Origin: Lachnospiraceae bacterium
GTDB taxonomy: Bacteria; Bacillota; Clostridia; Lachnospirales; Lachnospiraceae
Length of the DNA: 64,000 nucleotides
Reading direction: 5' to 3'
NCBI GenBank assembly: GCA_017543275.1
Contig: JAFYGJ010000014.1
Span: 38,551-102,550, forward strand
Positions 1 to 7,505 of the stretch are shown here, one piece after another; the first letter of the stretch is position 1; the number at the start of each line of letters is the position of its first letter. The notes beneath the pieces are model-generated. The model was given only the letters and a program-made list of their open reading frames with translations. It made no database searches and was not told the DNA's origin. The position numbers and the translations under genes are program-made.

Positions 1-2
1 AG

Positions 3-326
3 ATGGCTCTTATGCATCTGAGGAAAGAAAAACGCCGCCCGGACACCCTGGAGTATTCTTCGGAGCCGAAGGGCGCCGTCCCGCCGCCGGAGTTTCAGAT
101 CCTCCGGGATGAGCAAAACCGCGAACTCTATCTGGCCCTTTCGAAGCTGAATGCAGAGTACCGGCAGGTTCTGACGCTTCTGTATTTTGAAGAAATGTCA
201 CATGAGGAGCTTTCCGCTGTCATGGGCAGGAGCCGAAAACAGATTTACAATCTGGCGGAACGGGCACGGAAAGCTCTGAAAGAAGAACTGGAAAGGATGG
301 GATTTGATTATGCGCAGTACAGATGA
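3..326 (+). CDS. Sigma-70 family (ECF-type) RNA polymerase sigma factor, C-terminal part; the 5' end lies outside the window
   Basis: The frame is open from the window edge. It contains a region-4 HTH-like segment, YRQVLTLLYFEEMSHEELSAVMGRSRKQIYNLAERARKAL. Stop TGA at 324-326. Confidence 0.8.
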   Translation: MALMHLRKEKRRPDTLEYSSEPKGAVPPPEFQILRDEQNRELYLALSKLNAEYRQVLTLLYFEEMSHEELSAVMGRSRKQIYNLAERARKALKEELERMGFDYAQYR

Positions 327-341
327 AGCGTGGGAGGTAAA

Positions 342-1118
342 ATGAACCCGGAGATTTATTTCGCGCTGATCCTGACCGCCGTGTCACTGTTTGTACTGCT
401 TGGCACAATCCGCCTGCTGTGGCCCGGACGGCATGTTCTGGCCCTTTCATTCTTTGCTTTCGCCACGGCCTGCTTACTGTTCAGTACCCTGTACTGGCTC
501 GCCTATGACCTTCTGCGTCCCAAGACAAGAATGCCGTTTGCGGCCAATGAAATCTGTGAATGGGCACTGTTCCTTCTGTTGGCGCAATCCCTTAGGACTT
601 CCGTTCCCGCAAGAATCGGGCAGGCAAAAGCCGCAGTCCCCGCAGCGCTGTTTGCCGCAGCCAATACCGCGCTTTGGATCGCATGGTCCGGCGAATGGGT
701 TCAGGATATCCTGACTGGTCTTTTCCTCGGATGGTTTCTGTGGGTCCTGATCGCCTGTATGCTGGCAGCCCGCGTGCTGTCTCGCATCGAATGGATCGGG
801 TTCGGATGCGCTGCGGCTTTGCTGATTGCGGCGCAGACCATGACGTTGATCACCCCCGCATCCGCGAAGATTCTGAACATCATTTGTGCGGTCCTGATCT
901 TTGCCGTGGGTGCCGGACTCATGCTGAAAGCTCTGCTCGCTGTTATAAAAAGGCGCAGCCCCGGGCAGGGTCTCTGTCTTTCCTTTGCGGTATATGCCTG
1001 GTCCGAGATTGCCATGTACATGAGCGAAGGCCCTGTCTATATCGCGGCGCTTATCATGGCGGCGCTCGGTTATCTCCTGATGTTTTGGACAATCGGAAAG
1101 GAGGTGGCAGCGGCATGA
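342..1118 (+). CDS. Polytopic membrane protein (about 7-8 hydrophobic helices), function unknown; possible sensor or anti-sigma partner
   Basis: ATG 342 follows GGGAGG (332-337). Hydrophobic stretches run the whole length, e.g. IYFALILTAVSLFVLLGTI and LFLGWFLWVLIACMLAA. The stop overlaps the next start (ATGA at 1115-1118). Confidence 0.6.
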   Translation: MNPEIYFALILTAVSLFVLLGTIRLLWPGRHVLALSFFAFATACLLFSTLYWLAYDLLRPKTRMPFAANEICEWALFLLLAQSLRTSVPARIGQAKAAVPAALFAAANTALWIAWSGEWVQDILTGLFLGWFLWVLIACMLAARVLSRIEWIGFGCAAALLIAAQTMTLITPASAKILNIICAVLIFAVGAGLMLKALLAVIKRRSPGQGLCLSFAVYAWSEIAMYMSEGPVYIAALIMAALGYLLMFWTIGKEVAAA

Positions 1119-1747
1119 TCTATGCGGAAAACATCCTCCTGTGCATCGCGGTACCGCTTCTGGTCTCGCTGCTGTTCATCCGGGACAACGTGCGGCGCTT
1201 TATGGCAGCACTCCTTCTCGGAATGGGCGTCTGCCTGATTGCGGCATATATCTGCGGCTTTCTCGGCCTCGCTGCCGGTATGAGCGAAGATGATACCTCG
1301 ATCTTCCTGTCACCCGTCGTGGAGGAGCTGATGAAGCTCCTGCCGCTTTTGTTCTTTCTCCTGCTGTTCTCGCCGGAGGACCGGCAGCTCGCCATGCTTG
1401 CTGTGGCGATCGGCGCAGGCTTTGCCACCTATGAGAACTGCTGTTATATCCTGACCGCAGGCGCGGGCAGTCTGCCTTATATCCTGGTGCGCGGTCTGGC
1501 GGTGGGCGTGATGCACATTGTCAGCATCCTCGCGCTTTCGATCTGGCTGATTATGGCAAAACGGCTCAAAGCCTTTTCTTTCCCGGCAGTCGTAGGCGGC
1601 CTGTCCCTGGCCATGATCTTTCACGCGCTGTATAATCTGCTGGTATCCCGGCCGGGCGTTTCCACGGTGATCGGCTATCTGATGCCGCTTCTGACCGCCG
1701 TCCTGCTGTGGCTCCTGTACCGAAAGCTGCTCCAGATCTTTGACTGA
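1115..1747 (+). CDS. PrsW-family intramembrane metalloprotease (site-1 anti-sigma protease type)
   Basis: The start ATG 1115 overlaps the upstream stop. The family motifs occur in order inside hydrophobic helices: EExxK (VVEELMKLL), FxxxE (FATYEN), H (VMHIVS) and HxxxN (FHALYNLL). The long ORF 674-1747 is an in-frame upstream extension. Confidence 0.65.
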   Translation: MIYAENILLCIAVPLLVSLLFIRDNVRRFMAALLLGMGVCLIAAYICGFLGLAAGMSEDDTSIFLSPVVEELMKLLPLLFFLLLFSPEDRQLAMLAVAIGAGFATYENCCYILTAGAGSLPYILVRGLAVGVMHIVSILALSIWLIMAKRLKAFSFPAVVGGLSLAMIFHALYNLLVSRPGVSTVIGYLMPLLTAVLLWLLYRKLLQIFD

Positions 1748-1775
1748 TCATAATCATTGAAATACATGCCGTCAA

Positions 1776-1809
1776 TACCGCTGTCCACACCGGACAGCGG
1801 TAACTTTTT
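1776..1809 (+). terminator. Rho-independent terminator after the PrsW-like gene
   Basis: An 11-bp stem, TACCGCTGTCC (1776-1786) paired with GGACAGCGGTA (1792-1802), is followed by ACTTTTT. Confidence 0.7.
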
Positions 1810-1938
1810 GCACAAAACGCAGCTGCCTTTTTTGGGCAGTCCGCCGAAATTCAAGAAATTTCGGAAAACAGTGAGTAAAATCCCGAAAAACGGCAACTAA
1901 GCAGTGAAAACACATGGAACCCGGGAGGTGAAGATACA

Positions 1939-2268
1939 TTGAAATACACTTCGGAAGAGGCTTTGACAGAGATCATGTGTCGAAAAGAACAGATCATTCT
2001 TCAGCGAAGCCGCAGGAACCTGCGGCTGCTGTCGGCAGCATGCGGCCTTCTCGCGGCTGCACTTCTGCTGGTAATCAGCGTCATGCCCGGTCAAAGCGAA
2101 AGCGCCTATACTGGTACGGTCTACGGTTCATTCCTGCTCTCGGCAGAGTCCGGCGGCTATGTCCTTGCAGCGGTGATCGCTTTTGTGCTGGGCGTCTGTG
2201 TCACGCTTTTATGCATCAGGTGGAAAAATATGCACGCAAAAAAGGAAAAGAAAGAGGAAGAGGTATGA
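1939..2268 (+). CDS. Small membrane protein (two hydrophobic helices, Lys/Glu-rich tail), function unknown
   Basis: TTG 1939 lies 10 nt after GGAGG (1924-1928). Hydrophobic helices LLSAACGLLAAALLLVISV and YVLAAVIAFVLGVCVTLLCI. The stop overlaps the start of the next gene (ATGA at 2265-2268). The start codon is uncertain; ATG at codon 13 is an alternative. Confidence 0.5.
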   Translation: MKYTSEEALTEIMCRKEQIILQRSRRNLRLLSAACGLLAAALLLVISVMPGQSESAYTGTVYGSFLLSAESGGYVLAAVIAFVLGVCVTLLCIRWKNMHAKKEKKEEEV

Positions 2269-5200
2269 AAAAGAATTGGAGAAAAGTTGTCAGCGCATTA
2301 CTGACACTGATTATGCTGCTTGGCATTTTTCAGGGGACGGGGATCAAGGTAAGCGCAAACGATAATCCTGGAATCGCGCTTGAACCTACCGTTACAGTGA
2401 ATGCCAGTGTAAATGGTATGGAGATGGATGAGGAGACAGGTTGTCGGATTTGGGTTACACTGAATGCCTTGGTTGGGAAAGATTCAAAAAATGTGTATAT
2501 AACGCCCGAAGAAGATTATGTGTTTTATCTCAGTAAGGATAAAGAGGCAACTGAAAGCGCTTATGATTTCAAGTTTGCAGTGGGCGCAGAATCGTATATT
2601 CTCTATCGGGGGGCTGCCTGGTCGGTAAATACATTTAAAGGAGAACTGGATTGCTCTGAAGTTATCTCTGATGATGTTTTTTTTGATATTGATCCATATC
2701 AAAAGATATATTTTCAAACATATTCAGAAGTGTATTTCGATATGAACTGCAGCGGTAACGATGCTAGTGCTGCATATTTCAGCAGGGATTGTCTCGGGTT
2801 TGAATATACTGATGAAGATACAGATCCCGTGTCTGATATACCTCTCTATGTACCATATAATGACACCCTGACTCAGGCTCTTGATGGCAGCTTTGAGTGT
2901 TTCCCTGAGATTACATGGGAAGGCCATACGGCAAATGGGTGGTATTTAGAGGAGGGCACTTCTAGTAACCCAACCTTGACAGAGGTGTCAAAAGACAACA
3001 CGGTTTTCACAAAGCCTTCTTATACGTTAGTAATGTTATGGGATCAGCCTGAACCGGAGCCGGAGCATGTTCACACATATCCTGACAGTACGGAAGTAGA
3101 AGATCCGAATGTTAGCTGGCATTGGAACGGGTCGAGTGAAAACAATTATGCGGGTACTTATGTTGAAATCTTCTGTACAGATGATAAATGCCCCAATCGC
3201 GAAGAAAGCAAGGTGACAATTCAGAACACCGAAAATAATCAGCATAATATTGTCATAAATAATAACGAAGGCGAAACCGGAAAAACCTGTGAAGATGATG
3301 GACAATTAGTGTATACTGCCACCGCCACTTATGGGGGCAAAACATATGTTTCTACAAAAACCCTGGATGATAAAGCTTCCGGTCATATCTGGGAATTCGA
3401 CACTTCAGACGAAAACGCTGAATGGACCGAAAAAAGCGGCGGCGGTTTCTCAAAGGTCACTGTTAAAAAGACATGCATCAGTGATTATCACGATGAAGAG
3501 AAAGACGGTGCGCGGGAAAGGTCTGTTGAAAGCACCAATATTACCGAGGAGAAAGTACCGTCGACAATATGCGGCAAGCCTGACATCATAACTTACACTG
3601 CGACGTTTACCAACATAGAAGATTCTGCTATTACAAATCCATTTACAGTTACGAAAGTTGTTGAAGGTGATCCCCTCAAACATGACTGGGTAGTCGATAC
3701 CAATGCCGATCACGTGAGCTGGCTCGGAACCGATACAGCAGGCTATACGAAGGCTACGATTACAAAAACATGCCAAAACGCCGGTCATAGCGGAGAAGGC
3801 GACACTGCGAGCGCTATCAAAATCACAGTAGACGTCCAAAAGACTGCTACAGAGGCAACAGCATGTGAAGAGGGGGATGTGACGCACTATACAGCTGTAT
3901 TTACCAGTAAAGATGATCCTGCGATTACAGAGAACCTGACCTTTACGAAAGACGTAACATCTGATCCCCACCCGCATGAGTGGACATTCGAAACCAGTGA
4001 AGACAAAGTAACCTGGACCGGCAATGATACGGACGGCTATACGAAAGCCACGATTACAAAAACCTGCCAGAGCAAGTATCACGATGTGACGAAAAACGGG
4101 TCCGCTACAGTCTCTGTTACGGTAGATGTTGTGAAGACCACGACCGCCGCGGAGGCCTGCGGAGAACCCGCCAAAATCCACTATACCGCCGTATTTGACA
4201 GCAACGTCGATCCCGCGATCACAACCCCGCTCACATTTGAAAAAGTGGTGGACAGTGATGTTCTTCAGCATGACTGGGTACTGAAAACCGACGGCGAAAA
4301 CGTAGTCTGGATTGGCAGTGATGCGGACGGCTATACGGAAGTCCTGATCACGAAAACCTGTAAAAACGAACAGCATGATGAAACCAGGAACGGTGCAAAA
4401 AATGTCCTTCTCTCGAGCAAAAATATCACGGTAAGCACTGTGACAGCCTGTGGGAAACCGGACGAAACCCATTATGTCGCATCTTTTGACAGTACCATTG
4501 ATCCTCTGATTACGGAAGCCTTTACCGTTGAAAAAGTTGTGAAGGGTACGACAGTGCGGGAGCACGAATGGAAATTCGATACCGATCCCGAGCATGTGAC
4601 CTGGGTCGGAAACGATGAAGACGGCTACACGCGGGCGATCATCAAGAAGCAGTGCCTGAGCCAGTATCACAATGAGCAGGTGAACGGTCCGCGTGAGGTT
4701 TCTGTCAGTGTGAAGCCGACGATGAGCTATGATGAAGACGTGGCCTGTGGCGAAACAACCCAAATTATCTATACGGCCGTATTTGACAGCATGGTCGATC
4801 CGGCGCTTACGGAAACGCTCATATTTGAGAAGACGGTTGAAGGAATTGCCCTTCCGCATGACTGGGTCTTCGACACCGATCCGGAAGACGCGGTATGGAC
4901 CGGGAGCGACGAAGAAGGCTATACGAAAGTTACCGTCAAAAAGACCTGTAAAAACCCGAAGCACGATGAGGAGATAAGCGGTCCGGCCGAGGTATCCGTC
5001 TCGGCGGAAGTGAAAGTCAGCACGACTCCGGCAGAAAAGTGCAAAGAGCCCTCTAAGATCCATTATACAGCCGTATTTGACGAAACGGTTGACCCGGATA
5101 TCGGGAAAGCGTTTACGCTGGAGAAAATCGTGGACGGACCGGTTTTAGAGCATGACTGGAATTACGATGTGGATCCCGATCATGTTATCTGGGGTGCGAG

Positions 5201-7244
5201 CGCCGCTGAGACCTATATTCTTCGAACCTGTCTGAACGGCGAGGTGAAGCACGGGTCGGATAATAGCGAAAGGTGGGCGGCTGCGAGTCTCACGGTCAAT
5301 GTGACAGACGGCAGCTGTAATTCAGCGTACACGAAAACGATGACCGCTGTTTTCAAAGATGAGAACGGCAACGAATTTTTCACGACGACGAAGACTGAAA
5401 CCGCAGCAGAATGCCATACCTTCAAAATCAGCGCCTCCAACCCGCTGTGGCACTGGAATATCGGAAACGGCACCGAAACTTATTACACCGGGGCAGATTG
5501 CGTCTTTACATGCTCTGCAGGAAATCACAAAGTTACGGTTCCTGCAGTGGTGGTCCGCAATGTGGCCGGGGATACGGTTGTATACAATGCGAAGGTACAG
5601 GTGAGCTACTATGACGAGAACGGATTATTCTTCTATAATGAGGAATTCACCGATACGCGGTATACGAGACTGAACAGTGAAGGAAAAGAAGTATCCCCGT
5701 ATTCCGGAGCCACAGAGAGCGGCAAAACGATCTCCGAGCCGGAAGACGATGTAAGCCACAACCTGTTCTACACCGATTGCGATATTACAATCCCGCTTCC
5801 CGAAGGCGCGGATCCTTCAAAGGGCAGCGGCAAGTGGACAGCCTATTACAAGGTCGACAGCGATGGGACTGTCACGCTTCTTAAGACCAGTAAAGATGAC
5901 GTGAAGAAAGGCGCCTCCGCAGGGAACAGCCTGATCGTCATGCCGATCTGTGATGCAGAGGGAAATACGATCGGTGAATTTGAGTATCAGCTGCCGGTCT
6001 TCTACCAGAAACCGGCCCTGAAACTCTCGAGCAAGAGCGGGGTTGTGAATACTGCGCTTCCTGATCCGATGAGTCTTTCCACCATTGTGCTCGAGAAGAA
6101 AAGCACCGGCGTGTACGAAGCGCTTGATCTGAGCAGTATAGATACGAGTTCATTATGGACAGGCAAGTCCGAAACGGCTCCGACTATAAGCCTGGGCGAT
6201 AAAGCCGGAGAACTCCTGATTACCACAGGCCAGAAAATGAGCGGGAAACTCTGTATCCGGCTTAAAAACTGGAGAGAGACGATTGAACTCAAGTACTCAG
6301 TTAAGGCGTCCAATAAGAGTGTTCTCTCCGGCAGCGTGAATAAGCTGTACATGAATACGCACTTCTTCGAAAAAGGCGAAGCGGAGACGTGCTATATTAC
6401 CATCAACGGCAGAGAAGTCACGTCGGAAGATAATATTTCCGTAACATTCCCTAAAAATTGGGAATCTTCAGGCATCGATATAGAAGGTATCGAAGGCGGC
6501 ATCCTGACCCAAAGTGAGCTGTCATTCTGTTACAGGACCGACCAAGAACCGAAAAAGGGCAGCTTCACCTTTACATTTAAGTCGCCGGACGGAGAAAAAT
6601 TTAAACTTAAGCTTACGATAAGCAATAAGGAACTGGACAAGGCCGTATCGCTGAAGGTCTATACAAAGATGAATATTACCACCGGCCAGAAGCTGGTTCT
6701 GATTCCGAACCTCACTAACTGCGGCGGTCACATTGAGGCGGTCACAATCGACAACGATAACTATGTGATCGAGTACATAGAAGAGCTGAACGAGATCCTG
6801 GTTGACGTTGCCGAAGGCAAGTCGGTTTCGGCAGGAGTGTTTACGCCGACAATCACCTTATCGATTAACGGGTACGACTGTCCTGTGGCAGTGAAAACGA
6901 AAATTGCCGTCACAAGTCCTGCAGTAAAAATCAGCAAGGTCAATCTTCCTAAGGATTCGGCCGCTGCCGGTACGGCAGAAGGAGAAGCAAGTATCCGTGC
7001 AACGATCAAGAGCGGCGGTAAAATTTTTGAGATCCGGCCGGAAGATGTAATATTTCCAAACGCTTCCCTGTATAATGAAGAAGGCTGGTATGCCGTCAAC
7101 GGGGTGATCGTAAAGTGGAACCAGGAGGAGGGAACCATTTCCGTGAGGACACCGGGTGACGGTCAAAAGATTTCAAGCGTGAAGGTCGAGCTGTACTTCA
7201 AGGGTAAAACTGTGAAGAAGATACTGACACTCAAGGTCAAGTAA
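2265..7244 (+). CDS. Large secreted repeat protein (1659 aa): signal peptide, one Listeria/Bacteroides-repeat-like segment, tandem 98-aa Cys-containing repeats, and an Ig-like-looking C-terminal region
   Basis: ATG 2265 gives MKKNWRKVVSALLTLIMLLGIFQGTGIKVSA, a signal-peptide-like N-terminus. The GHTANGWYLEEG...TLVMLW segment resembles the Flg_new repeat. Nine repeats are visible, six of them clean. No LPXTG, SLH or choline-binding motif was seen. ORF 1977-7244 is an in-frame upstream extension. Confidence 0.85.
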   Translation: MKKNWRKVVSALLTLIMLLGIFQGTGIKVSANDNPGIALEPTVTVNASVNGMEMDEETGCRIWVTLNALVGKDSKNVYITPEEDYVFYLSKDKEATESAYDFKFAVGAESYILYRGAAWSVNTFKGELDCSEVISDDVFFDIDPYQKIYFQTYSEVYFDMNCSGNDASAAYFSRDCLGFEYTDEDTDPVSDIPLYVPYNDTLTQALDGSFECFPEITWEGHTANGWYLEEGTSSNPTLTEVSKDNTVFTKPSYTLVMLWDQPEPEPEHVHTYPDSTEVEDPNVSWHWNGSSENNYAGTYVEIFCTDDKCPNREESKVTIQNTENNQHNIVINNNEGETGKTCEDDGQLVYTATATYGGKTYVSTKTLDDKASGHIWEFDTSDENAEWTEKSGGGFSKVTVKKTCISDYHDEEKDGARERSVESTNITEEKVPSTICGKPDIITYTATFTNIEDSAITNPFTVTKVVEGDPLKHDWVVDTNADHVSWLGTDTAGYTKATITKTCQNAGHSGEGDTASAIKITVDVQKTATEATACEEGDVTHYTAVFTSKDDPAITENLTFTKDVTSDPHPHEWTFETSEDKVTWTGNDTDGYTKATITKTCQSKYHDVTKNGSATVSVTVDVVKTTTAAEACGEPAKIHYTAVFDSNVDPAITTPLTFEKVVDSDVLQHDWVLKTDGENVVWIGSDADGYTEVLITKTCKNEQHDETRNGAKNVLLSSKNITVSTVTACGKPDETHYVASFDSTIDPLITEAFTVEKVVKGTTVREHEWKFDTDPEHVTWVGNDEDGYTRAIIKKQCLSQYHNEQVNGPREVSVSVKPTMSYDEDVACGETTQIIYTAVFDSMVDPALTETLIFEKTVEGIALPHDWVFDTDPEDAVWTGSDEEGYTKVTVKKTCKNPKHDEEISGPAEVSVSAEVKVSTTPAEKCKEPSKIHYTAVFDETVDPDIGKAFTLEKIVDGPVLEHDWNYDVDPDHVIWGASAAETYILRTCLNGEVKHGSDNSERWAAASLTVNVTDGSCNSAYTKTMTAVFKDENGNEFFTTTKTETAAECHTFKISASNPLWHWNIGNGTETYYTGADCVFTCSAGNHKVTVPAVVVRNVAGDTVVYNAKVQVSYYDENGLFFYNEEFTDTRYTRLNSEGKEVSPYSGATESGKTISEPEDDVSHNLFYTDCDITIPLPEGADPSKGSGKWTAYYKVDSDGTVTLLKTSKDDVKKGASAGNSLIVMPICDAEGNTIGEFEYQLPVFYQKPALKLSSKSGVVNTALPDPMSLSTIVLEKKSTGVYEALDLSSIDTSSLWTGKSETAPTISLGDKAGELLITTGQKMSGKLCIRLKNWRETIELKYSVKASNKSVLSGSVNKLYMNTHFFEKGEAETCYITINGREVTSEDNISVTFPKNWESSGIDIEGIEGGILTQSELSFCYRTDQEPKKGSFTFTFKSPDGEKFKLKLTISNKELDKAVSLKVYTKMNITTGQKLVLIPNLTNCGGHIEAVTIDNDNYVIEYIEELNEILVDVAEGKSVSAGVFTPTITLSINGYDCPVAVKTKIAVTSPAVKISKVNLPKDSAAAGTAEGEASIRATIKSGGKIFEIRPEDVIFPNASLYNEEGWYAVNGVIVKWNQEEGTISVRTPGDGQKISSVKVELYFKGKTVKKILTLKVK
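3384..5150 (+). repeat. Six in-frame tandem repeats inside the large secreted protein gene, period 294 nt (first copy 297 nt)
   Basis: Units start at 3384, 3681, 3975, 4269, 4563 and 4857, and the next, degenerate unit starts at 5151. Consensus: H-[DE]-W-x-[FV]-[DE]-T...V-x-W-x-G-x-D-x-x-GYT-[KR]-x-x-[IV]-x-K-x-C...H...C-[GEK]-x-P...[HI]-Y-T-A-V-F-D...DP-x-[IL]-T. Degenerate copies flank the block from about 3063 to 5640. Confidence 0.9.
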
Positions 7245-7252
7245 AATCAGGC

Positions 7253-7281
7253 TTGACATTATGCCGGAACTGTGATAAATT
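7253..7281 (+). promoter_or_regulatory. Sigma-A-type promoter upstream of the ABC exporter leader
   Basis: TTGACA (7253-7258), 17-nt spacer, TAAATT (7276-7281), with an extended -10 TG at 7273-7274. Confidence 0.5.
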
Positions 7282-7338
7282 TCTATCCATACGCGGCACG
7301 CGGCGCGTATAAAACAAAACGAGGAGGACAGGACAGAA

Positions 7339-7380
7339 ATGTCGGAAAGGGCGCGGACAACAAGAGAATATACAATCTGA
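7339..7380 (+). promoter_or_regulatory. Candidate 13-codon leader peptide ORF (MSERARTTREYTI) in the exporter leader
   Basis: The ORF runs from ATG 7339 to TGA 7378-7380, with GAGGAGG at 7321-7327 upstream. It sits between the promoter and the terminator at 7463-7495. Codons 4-6 contain AGGGCGC, identical to the core of the terminator 3' arm. Confidence 0.3.
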
Positions 7381-7462
7381 TGTACCGTGGCCTGTCCATG
7401 GTGCAGTAACCTGTATGAATCCATGGATGCCTCCTGAAATCTCTGAAGGATAGAATAATGAA

Positions 7463-7495
7463 GCGCCCTATGCGATCCTGCATAGGGCGCTTTTT
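7463..7495 (+). terminator. Intrinsic terminator (attenuator) immediately upstream of the ABC exporter genes
   Basis: GCGCCCTATGC (7463-7473) pairs with GCATAGGGCGC (7480-7490), followed by TTTTT (7491-7495). It ends 10 nt before ATG 7506. Confidence 0.75.
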
Positions 7496-7505
7496 AGGGA
7501 AAAAT

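Noticed and set aside
1977-2264. A 96-codon N-terminal extension of the giant ORF. The 674-1114 extension of the PrsW-like ORF is a similar case.
   Set aside because: The extensions overlap the upstream genes in another frame and are Arg/Pro/Gly-rich. They end at an internal ATG that has the ATGA coupling and, for the giant protein, a proper signal peptide.
3450-5063. A 537-aa minus-strand ORF across the tandem-repeat region.
   Set aside because: It is antisense to the repeat block of the large secreted protein. Its own periodicity simply mirrors the 294-nt repeats. It has no start context and no motifs.
3384-5150. The regular 294-nt direct repeats, considered as a possible CRISPR-like or satellite array.
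   Set aside because: The repeats are in frame inside one long ORF and have no spacer/repeat alternation. The units differ throughout and conservation is at the protein level. They are coding domain repeats.
7282-7462. The exporter leader considered as a T-box or a known riboswitch.
   Set aside because: I could not find a T-box sequence, specifier-loop architecture or conserved core of a common riboswitch by eye. The short ORF plus competing-pairing model fits better. An Rfam scan is still needed.
7458-7505. The ORF-track start (ATG 7458) for the first ABC exporter gene.
   Set aside because: The first 16 codons would be read through the terminator hairpin and T-tract at 7463-7495. ATG 7506 lies just downstream and gives a normal N-terminus.
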